A DNA stretch of 63,026 nucleotides, counting the filler, from Licmophora abbreviata (Eukaryota), in the NCBI GenBank assembly GCA_900291995.1. It is 17 parts of 17 records of this genome, joined end to end, with 100 filler letters (N's around TTAATTAATTAA, not from the genome) between each part and the next. Parts side by side here need not be neighbours in the genome. Positions count along the whole stretch, not along the records: positions 6,747 to 14,885 come from OLMU01003100.1; positions 14,986 to 19,004 come from OLMU01003101.1; positions 19,105 to 22,242 come from OLMU01003102.1; positions 22,343 to 23,683 come from OLMU01003104.1; 13 more parts are not named here. One strand, written 5' to 3'. Position numbers and translations under genes: made by a program. This document shows, piece after piece, positions 12,546 through 23,469 of this stretch. Within the stretch, counting starts at the first letter, position 1, and every line of letters begins with the position of its first letter. The notes below the pieces were generated by a model, which did not search any database, was not told the DNA's origin, and saw only the letters and a list, made by a program, of their open reading frames with translations.

Positions 12546-15087
12546 CTACTTGTCCATTCGTTTCTTCAGGGCATCCTTTTCAGAGTCACCGATCCAACGT
12601 TCCGTAAGCGTTGACGTTGCAGGCCACGGACGACCACCCACCTGGTTCACAGGAACACCATTCTCCCTCGCCACAATGGCCCGGACTCGCGCTTCACAGC
12701 CGTAATTGTCAGGGTCACCCTGGCAGTGGCCCATACCGGCACGGGTACGCTTTCGAATCGCCTGAGAGGAATCAATAGGCAAGCTGCGTCGCATAGCACG
12801 TACGACCTCGAGTTCTGTCACCTTTTCACATTTGCAAATCACATTGGATGCCATCTGCTTCTGATTGGTACCATCCGAATCGTTCTTACCCACGGGACCC
12901 ATCTTCAGTCCTCGCATGCCTTGCTTCGGAGTAATGATGGGCGCACGGTTGGGATTGAACGACTCATCCTTTTCCGTCTTGAGACCTGCCCGCTGCAACA
13001 AACGAATCACCTCAAGTGCAATCGCCGGTGACCCGGCCAATCCAGGAGAATCGATGCCAGCCACATTAATAAAATTCTCGTTTTTGGCAGAAGTCTCGAT
13101 AATCCAGTCACCGCGATCCGACTTGGCTCGTGCTCCACAAAATGCATGAAAGGTCTCTTTCGGGTCAAACGACGAAACCAGTTGCTTACATTTGCTGAGA
13201 ATATATTCTTGGACAGAGGCATCCGACATGTCACGCGCTTCTGGCTTGTACATATCACGAGCCGTGGGTCCTAGAATGAGATTTCCCCACAGAGTTGTCT
13301 GTACTAAGACGCCTTTCCCAAGTACGGGGTCGGGACAAGGGAACAGCGTGTGCCTCGCCAAGTGGCCCTGTTCATGGAAGAAAGAACGCGGATGGTAGAC
13401 TAAAGCGTGAGCACAGAATGCAATGTTGTTCACGCACACGGAAAGCTTCATAAATGTGCATACACGAATCGCATAGATCTCACTCACCTGATTTCGATTC
13501 AACAATAGATAGTCTCCGAGCCTCGGCTTGATGTTGAAACTGTCATCTCCAATCATACGAGCGACCGTGTCGCTCGCTCCACCGGCACAATTGACCACAT
13601 ACTTTGCCTTCACGACTTCAGTTTCGACTGTGACCCCATGTACAATATGACTGGCACCTGAGCCACCCACGAGCATGTCCCGAACCTGTACTCGCTGCTT
13701 TTCGTCTTCTCCATTCGTGGTTGCTCCTTGCGGGCGTCCGGCTTGTTGGACAAGCTTGGTCATGTCACGCGAGGAAACACTGCTGGTTGTGCTGCCGCCC
13801 TTGACTTGACTCCATACAAAGAGCGAAGTGACCATGAATACGACAAAAGTCGACATAGCACTAAGCTGACGCGTCGATTCATCCACTGACTCGTCGAGGA
13901 CCAGCTGCAGACCCATGAACGATACGGCAATGGACGACGCGACAATGCCCAGGAGCAGTAGAATTCGAACTGGCGTTAAGGCAGCCTTTGAAGTTGCACG
14001 GACATAATCCTTCGGTTCCCAGTGTCTCATGGTGACTTGAAATATATCGTCTTCTGTCTCATGGTCAATCTGGCAAACCTCCCGTCGAATGCGCAGTTGT
14101 ACACCGTTGTCGACCGCGTTTTCTGCCAGGGCAATGGTGTATTCGTAGGGAATGACATTTCCGGCATCCGGAGCGTAGAGTGCCGCGATGGCCAGCGGAT
14201 TGACATGAGGTTCCATCTCACGGAGCTCTTTCTGCAGAACGATTCTCAAATTCTCAACGCCGTTCGTCTTGCCTCGTTGGAGCAAGTCGTGGAGGCTTTC
14301 CTTTTCCGTGTCATTCAAGGCCAACACCAAGGATCCGTTGAGTTGATATCCGAAGCGTAACTCTCGATCCAATTGAGGAAACATTTGATTGCCGGGCCAG
14401 CAGTATTTGGCGCGATTAGTGTTGGGCTTATCGTCGTATCCTGCATGGACAATGCCTGAATTGCCCTTGGTGGCACCCTTGTGAATCACGATGATTTGTT
14501 GACGAAAACACAGGCATGTCGTTAAAAATAGAGCACATATGAGATGCGAAGAAGAATCACGAGCTGCTTATCACCCCACCATCTTCCTATCACTTCATCC
14601 TAATCACAACACTACTTAAATGAACTTACCTGACTCACGTCATCGGCCGCTTCGACCCAGAGAACACGGAGCTTGTACTTGCTGAGTTCTCTTGCAATGG
14701 CTGCGCCAATACACCCCGCCCCGACAATGAGAATGTCATAAACGACTTCGGCACTGCTACTGCTGTTGCGACTGCGAGAACGTGGACAGGGAGCACTGCC
14801 AATGCCGCTGTTTGCATGAGTACAACCGCTGCACTGGTCTTCGATAGCTGTAAAGACGGACGCACAGTCTTCGATATCGAGCCAGNNNNNNNNNNNNNNN
14901 NNNNNNNNNNNNNNNNNNNNNNNNNNNNNTTAATTAATTAANNNNNNNNNNNNNNNNNNNNNNNNNNNNNNNNNNNNNNNNNNNNGACGGACGCACAGTC
15001 TTCGATATCGAGCCAGTTTCCGCCGTAGTAGACTCCCTTGACACCGTGTTGGCGTGGTGGAGGAGAAGCGACGGCGTTCGGGGGCAT
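12546..15087 (-). CDS. FAD-dependent oxidoreductase (GlpA/LhgO family) with C-terminal BFD-like [2Fe-2S] domain
   Basis: Exon 1 (ATG 15087, across an overlapping gap) encodes YDILIVGAGCIGAAIARELS. Intron 14629-14478 joins DDVSQ|GATKGNSGIVHAG. In-frame intron 13487-13368. Also GIDSPGLAGSPAIA, ICKCEKVT and RTRAGMGHCQG. Confidence 0.88.
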
Positions 15088-15379
15088 ACTGATGATTCTC
15101 AAGAAGGAGCAAAAGACAAAGAGAGTATTCTATCAACGCGGTGGCAGCTAGTCTATCCCATTGGCGATCTGTTCGATCCATCACCACACAATCAACATCC
15201 AATTGAATTTTTAAGTGTGTCATCGGATGGCCGTGTCAAAATCCAAAATAGGAATCAATTCGAGTGAGTCGAGGAATAACCCGGAGACAGGATACTGGAT
15301 GGTACCGCGAACTTTTCCCACTCTTGTAGCTCGTAAGGGTCTCGGGACCATCCAAATTTCTGTGCGCGGGAAAACTTTT

Positions 15380-15406
15380 GTTGTTGTTGTTGTTGTTGTT
15401 GTTGTT
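15380..15406 (+). repeat. (GTT)9 microsatellite
   Basis: Direct reading; lies in the intergenic region upstream of DBP7. Confidence 0.9.
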
Positions 15407-15466
15407 CTGTGGCAGATGCAGATACTCATCCTTCAGTCTCATCACTAGTCGTTCGTTCTGTGGACC

Positions 15467-18454
15467 ATGGACACACTGTCCTTCTTAAAAGATGCCGATG
15501 CGGCGCTCCTCAACATTGTTTGTGAAGAAAGGCCTGCTGCTTCCAAAATAACGCAGAAGAGAGCATCACGAAAGAACAACAAGTACGAACGACGACGAGC
15601 CAAGGCGAGGCGTGCCAGAGAGGAGCAAGAAGTTTTGATTGGACAAGCACGGAGTGATGATGATGATGGTGATGTGGAGGAGCAGCGTCTCAAAGATAGG
15701 AATCATCCGCCAGAAGCTTCGCTCGAATCAAAAACACCGCAGGACACTACCGATACGAAACAACAAGAGTCGTGGCGGAAGGATGGCGAGTCGACTGGAG
15801 CTGACGATCAGCCCGAGCCTGTAGCAGAAAGTAGTAACGTGCTGCATGGCTCTGCCCCGATGGACACATCCACACGGATCACGACGGAATCACCAGTCAA
15901 TTTTGCATCATCAGCACAACAGCACCAGACCCCGGCCATCAGTTCTCCCTTGCAACACTCTTCTCGAAGAGTTCATGTCGATACGCACTCGTCAACCCTG
16001 CAACGCGCCAAATATTACTCCGAATTTCATGCCCGGCCGCTCGAGATGGATCGAAAGCAGCATGCCGTCTCCACATTCGAGACCAGTCGAGACTCGCAAC
16101 ACATTTTCGACACGAGCTCGCCCTTTCATGAGTTGGGACTGCACGAACGATTGGTGACGGCCGTGGCGTCACCGAAATTGGGCAGCTTGACGCGGCCGAC
16201 TCATATTCAAACGCGAGCCATCACAGCACTGCGATCACACAAACAGCATCCGTGCAACTTGTTTGTGCAGAGTGAAACTGGAAGTGGAAAGACTCTAGCG
16301 TACTTGCTTCCCATTGTGCAGGTGAGTGACTTGTCGTCAATTGAAAGTCTTGAAAGGAAGGATGGATGCTCTGGCTTCGATGACAGCATATTCTATGGTT
16401 AAGACCCGAGTTGCGTTGCAACATTGACGACGCTACACGGAAACTTCTGGAGAAGCGTATGGACAAACCTGGCTTGATGAATGTCCAGTTCGAGTCTCCT
16501 TTCTCACGAGTATCGTTCTGCTGCTCCTATGCGATTTCTATTCTCTTCACAGTCACTTGCCGTTGATCCCGACACTGAAACCCTTCGAGTATCTGATCGC
16601 CAGGAAGGAGGGACGAGATCCATCATCTTGTGTCCCACTCGTGAATTGGCGTCGCAGACAGCGCTGACGGCTTCTAGATTGTGTCAACAGTCCTTTTCGT
16701 GGCTCGTTCCTGGATGTTTGAGTGGGGGAGAAAAGCGCAAGAGCGAAAAGGCTCGAATTCGCAAGGGCATTTCTATTCTCATAGCTACACCGGGTCGATT
16801 GTTGGATCATTTAACAAAGACGGAATGTCTCTTGATGGCGCTCAAGGGCAAGCTGGAATGGCTCGTGCTGGACGAGGCGGATCGTTTGTTGGATATGGGA
16901 TTGGGATCTCAAGTGGAGCAGATTGTGCAGCACTTGCGAGCAAATCAACCCAAAAGTGGTCTCAAGCGTGATGGAGTAACGTGGCAGTCAATTCTGGTGT
17001 CGGCTACGGTCACTTCCAAAGTGGAAGATCTGGCCAAGTCCATGCTGGGAGGAGACACGTGGCAATGGGCAAGGGGTACGGCAGGTGCCGACAAGCAGCA
17101 AATCGAGTCGCAAAAGGCAGACAACGCCACGGATTCCAGTCAGACTACTACTACCGGTACTAGTGGTCTACAACTACTAGACTTGGGTGAATCAACTCCT
17201 CGCCAGCTCGGTCAGTTTCACATGACTGTCACAGCGAAACTTCGCCTGGCAACGCTTGTCGCGTTTCTTGTACAACGCGTTCAAAAGAAGGAACGGACGG
17301 TAGTCTTCATGTCAACGTGCGATGGCGTCGACTTTTACCACGCTCTGTTTTGCGCCATGGATTCGATCCTACCTTCCGAAGACGACGATGGAAATGACAC
17401 GTCCTCGACGGGACTGTTCGGTGCATCATGTCCGATCTACAAGCTTCATGGAAACGTTCCACATTCGGAGCGCCTCTCCATTTTAGAGAATTTCAACCGC
17501 GGCAGCACGTCTACGAACGCTTCGATTTTGTTGGCGACGGACGTTGCTGCACGAGGGTTGAACTTGGCAGGCGTCGACTGGACCGTCCAGTTCGATCCGC
17601 CCTGCGAAGTGGCAGATTATGCGCATCGTGCAGGTCGTACGGCGAGAGCCGGCAAGGCGGGCCACTCCCTACTGTTCTTGCTGCCTTCGGAACGAACCTT
17701 TCTGGACATGCTGAAACACAAGGGATTGGACTCGTTGACAGCCTTGTCGCTAGCGTCCACGTTGAATCAGGCGGCAGGACTTTGTTCTGACTTGACCAGG
17801 GATGGCGAGAAGTATAGTTCCGGTGGTGGACAGAGCAAGGCGGGTCGCTCAGGAGAGTCGTTTTCGTTTGAAATACAGCGGCGTCTAGAGGAGGCACTGA
17901 TGGAAGACGATGCGAAAGCAAAGGCTGCATTCAAAGAGTCCATTGACAAGAGCACACTCACTGGCGGTAGACACAACAAAAAAGGCAGAAAGCGCGGCAG
18001 AAAAGATGAACCCGTTGGTGAGCTACTGGACCTAGCCCGACGAGCTTATACGTCTTTCATCCGTTCCTATCCTACCAAGGAAAAGTCAGTCAAGCACATC
18101 TTTTCGACACGAGCCCTCCATTTGGGCCACATGGCTCGCGCGTTCGCGTTGAAGGAAACCCCATCTTCATTTGCCAACAAGGCGCGAAACGTCGCATCGA
18201 CGAATGTCAGTACAAATCAGCAGCACGACGATGATCCACGCGCATCATCACTGGCCTTTGAAGCATTGACTGACAGTCAGATTGCCGAGAGTGTACTGAT
18301 GGCTCGCAAGAAGGCGAAACCGAATCGTGGTTTCGGTGGGCTCAAGAATAATAGCCATAAGAGTGGTGATCGATCCATGGATCCCAAGAAGGCTCGTGCT
18401 CTCTTGATGGCGAATGCGGCGTCGTTGGAAAAGGGAGGGATGGACTCGTTCTGA
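15467..18454 (+). CDS. DBP7: DEAD-box RNA helicase DBP7/DDX31 (60S biogenesis)
   Basis: Q motif PTHIQ, SETGSGKTLAY, PTRELA, GGEKRKSEKARIRKG (DBP7-typical), TPGRLLDHL, DEAD, SAT, HRAGRTAR and LHLGHMARAFAL. Intron 16322-16552 (GT..AG) joins the two ORFs. Confidence 0.92.
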
Positions 18455-19106
18455 AAGTAAGAACTGTGTACTCTACTAGTGCTATATCATACTATAGTAT
18501 CGCAACGACTTCGACTCTCGACTAGGCCCTTGTCAATGTAATTAGACAGTATACGGCATTTCTGAGACAGTACCGATACCCGTACCAGCTATGGTGGTTA
18601 TCCTTCGACAACAGCAATGAGATTGTTACCGCGACACGCACGCCTTGTCACCTCGATCTTGGCGTTCCATTCTTCGCGCGTTTTCGCGCGTCATCATCCA
18701 TCGACGCCTTGCCGTCGTACGTACGAGGTGAATGATGACGTGTTCCGAGAACCCTTTGACTGCGACGTGTGTCTCGTCGTTTCGCACGACAATGGTGCTG
18801 TTGTTGTCGTTTTTGGTGCTGTTGTTGATTCCACTACTGCTCTGAAACTGTGGGGCTTGGCGACGACACCTGGTGTAGAGTACGACGACGAAACCTGGTG
18901 AAATTTGGAGCGCTGTGAAACTTGAACGACAAGAAGTATGACGACGACTCGATCTCTTCCGATACCAAGACGACACTGCAGTTCCCTGATACTACTACTC
19001 TTCANNNNNNNNNNNNNNNNNNNNNNNNNNNNNNNNNNNNNNNNNNNNTTAATTAATTAANNNNNNNNNNNNNNNNNNNNNNNNNNNNNNNNNNNNNNNN
19101 NNNNGT

Positions 19107-20144
19107 ATGACGACGACTCGATCTCTTCCGATACCAAGACGACACTGCAGTTCCCTGATACTACTACTCTTCACCAGTCACCAGCTTGCAAGTCAATACT
19201 GTTGTCATTGCTTTGTTCCTGTCGTACAGAGACTGCGACGACATCATCATCATTCACAGACGATGCCGCCATTACTACGAGTCTCCACCACTACTATCAC
19301 ATCCACCACGCTCGACGTTGTCGATCTTGAAATGACCGAGTTTTTCCCTTCCACTACTACCACTGCTACGCACGACGCTCCTCCCGTCATACTCTTACAC
19401 GGCCTCCTTGGAAACAAACGAAACTTTGCTACAATCGGTTCCTCCTTGGCAAACCAGCTGCAACGGAAACGACGCGTACTGGCGCTCGATTTACGCAACC
19501 ACGGGGACAATACGCATGACTGGAGGGAGGACATGAGCTACGAAAGTATGAGTCAAGATATACTTCACCTCATGGATCGACATGGCATGGATCATGCAGT
19601 ACTGGTCGGTCACAGCGTCGGCGGGAAAGTGGCGCAGACGGTTGCGCTCAATCGACCGGATCGCGTCGAGGGACTGGTGGTCTTGGATATTGCGCCAGTT
19701 GAGTATACGTACGAAGAGCCACATTGGAAGGCAGTGCATGATATTGTACATGTACTCAAGGGCATACCGGAAGGTGAAATGTCCAGACGAGAAGTCGACG
19801 TCTTGTTGCGAGAGGATGTCCCGGATCCTGCCTTGCGAGCCTTCCTTCTCACCAACCTACACAACAAGGACGGCGTCGTCACATGGAAGATTCCCATCCA
19901 CACCATTGCGGAGCAATTAGAGGGTCTTGCTGGCTTCCATGTAGATCCCGACCGAACTTACGCTGGAGATGCCTTTTTCATTCATGGTGGGCAGTCGCGG
20001 TTCGTAAGGCACGGACACATGGAGACGATCCGCAAATTCTTTCCCAATCACATGTTGACGACCATACGGGGTGCAGGACACTGGCTCCACGCAGAGGCAC
20101 CAGATGATACCGTTGCGCTGCTGAAGAAGTATTTAGACAGATAG
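19107..20144 (+). CDS. ABHD11: Alpha/beta hydrolase, ABHD11/YbfF family
   Basis: LLHGLLGNKRNF, ALDLRNHG, GHSVGGK nucleophile elbow, VLDIAP and GAGHWLHAE. The 5' end is duplicated before the gap (18936-19004). Confidence 0.88.
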   Translation: MTTTRSLPIPRRHCSSLILLLFTSHQLASQYCCHCFVPVVQRLRRHHHHSQTMPPLLRVSTTTITSTTLDVVDLEMTEFFPSTTTTATHDAPPVILLHGLLGNKRNFATIGSSLANQLQRKRRVLALDLRNHGDNTHDWREDMSYESMSQDILHLMDRHGMDHAVLVGHSVGGKVAQTVALNRPDRVEGLVVLDIAPVEYTYEEPHWKAVHDIVHVLKGIPEGEMSRREVDVLLREDVPDPALRAFLLTNLHNKDGVVTWKIPIHTIAEQLEGLAGFHVDPDRTYAGDAFFIHGGQSRFVRHGHMETIRKFFPNHMLTTIRGAGHWLHAEAPDDTVALLKKYLDR

Positions 20145-20161
20145 AGTATAGGATACGAGTT

Positions 20162-21669
20162 TTATTGTTGGGGTTGATTCTTCTTGTTCTTCTTTTTCCA
20201 ATTCCCCTTCCGCTTCGGCTTCTTATTGTACTTTTCATCAAATCCCTTGACGTTCACGAGTGGCAAGAGACGGTGCACGATCTCCGTCAAGGACTCTTGC
20301 TGTTTCATAACTTGGGTAAGATCTTTGTAGGCCTGTGGCGCTTCGTCCTTGACACTGGGGTTGGTATCGCACACGATTCCCTTCATGACGTCTTCAAAAT
20401 CCGTCTGCGGAATATTCGCATGCGCCTTGGTCCGCGACATGCGTCGACCGGCTCCATGACTGGAAGAGTTCCAACTATCGATACTGCCCTTGCCCCGGGT
20501 AATGTACGACCCCGTCCCCATTGAACCGGGGATGATACCGTACTCTCCCGCCTTGGCAGATGTGGCTCCCTTGCGAGTCACCCACAACTTGCGACCATCG
20601 CCACAGTCCTCACACGCACAGTAGTTGTGATGAATGTTGACTGCCTTGGCCCGGTCCGCTTCATGACCCGTGACAGTGCCGACAATGTCCAGAATACGTT
20701 CCTTCATGGCCCTTCGATTCTCGAATGCATAGCGTTGACACCATTCCATGTCTTTCAAATAGTCTTGTCCCTCTTGCGATTGAATGGGCATGTAATGGAT
20801 GCCACGGAGGCTTTGTGTGGGAATATTCTGTTGTTGCAAGAGTTTCATGGCCACCTCGTCGTAGTGCATGGCGGTGCGATTTCCAATGTTGCGACTTCCG
20901 GAATGGAGCATGACCCAAACTTGGAGGGTATCTTCGGCGTAGACTGTTTGTTGCGTGAGAGAGAGAGAGACAGAAAGTGTAGAGAGTGTGAATGATACCA
21001 TCTCTGTTGCTGGTGATGGTGGTGTTGTCGTTGCTTCTTACCAATCTCAATAAAGTGATTTCCGCCCCCCAAGGTCCCCAACTGGTGCGTGACACGATTG
21101 AGATGAAGCTGCTTCTTCAAATGTTCCGTGGGCTGAACCTCTTCTGTGATTTGTTCCAACACCGACTTGGTCGACTCGAGTGCCGTCCGGTGTGATGCAA
21201 AACCCGTCGGTACCGCATCTTTGATCTTCTGCTGCATCTGTACCTTTTGGACGTCCGTCAAATCATCCCTATAGAGCCCCTCGATGGGAATGGCTGCTAC
21301 GCCACAGCCTATATCGACCCCGACCGCGTTGGGACACACGTAATCTTCACTCGCAAAGACCGTCCCAATCGTAACGCCCTTTCCCAAGTGTACATCGGGC
21401 ATGACGGCAATGTAGTCGACGGCAATGGGACTGGAAGCGAGCAAGTGGAGCTGAGCGAGAGCGTCGCTTTCAATCTCGTGAGCAAACAAGTGAATGTTGA
21501 CCCCGCTGCTCTTGTCTTTGGAAGTAGCAGGAGGAATGACGTGGGGCAAGGGCTTGAGGGAGCCATCGGCGTTTTGGAAGCTTGTCGTTGCCATCCTGAC
21601 GCATCGTTGTCGTGGTCCTGCAGGAGCACGCCTTTGGACAAGTCGTCGTGGGAGGATGGTGTGCATCAT
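20162..21669 (-). CDS. rtcB: RtcB RNA 2',3'-cyclic phosphate/5'-OH ligase, bacterial-type, with N-terminal targeting-like extension
   Basis: MPDVHLGKG, VGVDIGCG, LGTLGGGNHFIE, HSGSR, HHNY, RKGAT, PGSMG, SHGAGR and DEAPQAYK. Intron 21041-20944 (GT..AG) restores HFIEIVYAED. Confidence 0.93.
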
Positions 21670-21938
21670 CAGGAGGCTTGCTTACTTTCTCTTCTTCCTC
21701 TTGTGGACGAGTCCAATGATCATAGGTCCGCCTCTCTGGGATTTAGTGATGTGACATGGTGGTGTGGTTGGGCTATTAAAGGTTATGGTGGTGTGGTGGT
21801 GATTGTATCGAGGTTGACCCTGTGGTGTTTCGCGCGGACCGGCGTGAACCGGTGCGCACCTCTCGACCCTCGGGCTCTCACAAGTTTGTCACGGCGGTGC
21901 GCGCCGGGCGACACACAGAAACGAGACGACGACGACTC

Positions 21939-22143
21939 CTAGGGTTCCTCTTCCTGCTGTGTGTCTTGTATCGTCATTTGACAATCAGACGACGGTCCTA
22001 TTCTGGACAACATACAGAGGAAGCATCGTCATGTCGGAAGCTCGTCGTCGTTCCGATGATGCATCTCATTTCTTGGTGTCAACCACACTGGCACCCCGGA
22101 GGGAGCAGAAAGCACAATAGGTTCCTGGCCTGCAGTCCAATAC
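21939..22143 (+). pseudogene. Decayed partial duplicate of the PIG-T 5' region
   Basis: Colinear similarity to 23491-23828 (ctagggttcctctt.., ggaagcatcg..tcatgtcggaa..tcgtcgtc, atgcatct.atttct, ggttcctg, ctgcagtccaa), with indels and an in-frame stop. Confidence 0.65.
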
Positions 22144-22342
22144 AGGAGTACATTTATTATAAAGGATCCGACAAAGGCACCATTCATCAGCTAGATATTA
22201 GGAGACTTAAAAGAGGCGGTGTGAGGAGCTCTTTCGCCAATCNNNNNNNNNNNNNNNNNNNNNNNNNNNNNNNNNNNNNNNNNNNNTTAATTAATTAANN
22301 NNNNNNNNNNNNNNNNNNNNNNNNNNNNNNNNNNNNNNNNNN

Positions 22343-23004
22343 CGATTATACCATTCACTTATCCTTCGGACCGCATCGATTGCTTGGTAGCCGATGCAGG
22401 CCCATTCGGCCACGCCAGGGCCGCATGATCCAAGGGCGGCATCCCATGGCTGATAGTAGAGATGAAAGCATGTGTAATCAAAGGCACAAGAGCTTGATCC
22501 ATACAACAAAGTACAGTTCCCAAGCCACTCGTCATACCAGGCCAGTCCTTGTTCTCTACCCGTAGTACATGGAGCGACCAGTTCAAGACTGTAGTCATTT
22601 GCGATGCTCTCGATTTGAGGCCAAAGCTGCGCTGCATCTGAGGGCAGCAAGTCGGCCTGATCTGGGCGGTCAGGCTCGTTGAAGGTCAGCAAATAGCTTG
22701 CCTCCTGTAGGTTCGTCTCGGTCTCGCTATCGAAGGGTAGAGTAGGAACAGAGCCCCAAAACATGGGGACGAATTCCATTCCGGCTCCCCTTACCTTGCT
22801 CACCGCTTGCTCGGGACGGTCACACAAAGAGCGTTTGTAGCCAGTGTAACCAGTCGTCGTGGACCACGAATACCACCATTGCGAGGACGTGTGCGGAGTT
22901 AGCGCGTCGCAGGACTGTGCCGAGTAAAGAGGCACGCCCCTTTGAGAGTTGCGCGCTGCAACGGTGCCGAGAATACAGACGGCAAGAAGGACAGCCGTGT
23001 TCAT
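22343..23004 (-). CDS. GH128 (Glyco_hydro_cc) beta-1,3-glucanase-like protein, 3' part lost in gap (copy 1)
   Basis: Signal peptide; WWYSW, EFVPMFWG, LLTFNEPD (acid/base Glu) and HLY. Highly similar to 57041-58224. Confidence 0.85.
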
Positions 23005-23469
23005 TTTGTAAGAAACTTGAGAACCCTATCACTGTCTAGACAAGTCAAGTCAAGCCTGCGTTTCAAAAAGACAGACCGTTTTCGCGTGAGGCAAAGTCTA
23101 ATATGATGGTAGTCCTGCGGCCTTTCGTTCTTCAATTAGACGTGGGACAGATCGAACTTCCTCAAGGGCTTTTCCGGTGGCGGTAGCAGAAAGGAACGAG
23201 ATCCTTGAATCTGAGGAGTGTCATGTGTAATGAATGCACTGTGCGCCATGCAATGATGCCTCGTTTGCGTGACAAAAGAGCTGTTATTTTCTGTTTTTTA
23301 GACTATGGGTTTTTTGGCGCGCGCGAGCCGGTGTATAGGTGATGCTATGGCGGGCGCGCACCTCCCTACAAAATTTGTCGCAGCGCGCGCAAAATAGAAA
23401 ACAGAAAAACAGGGCACAACGACTGACAGCGCCGAATCGGATGGTGTCATACCGGTACGAGTACCTGGT

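Noticed and set aside
15467..21669. DBP7 helicase + RtcB as an RNA-repair operon
   Set aside because: Eukaryotic genes on opposite strands, and nucleolar versus predicted organellar; the adjacency is likely chance.
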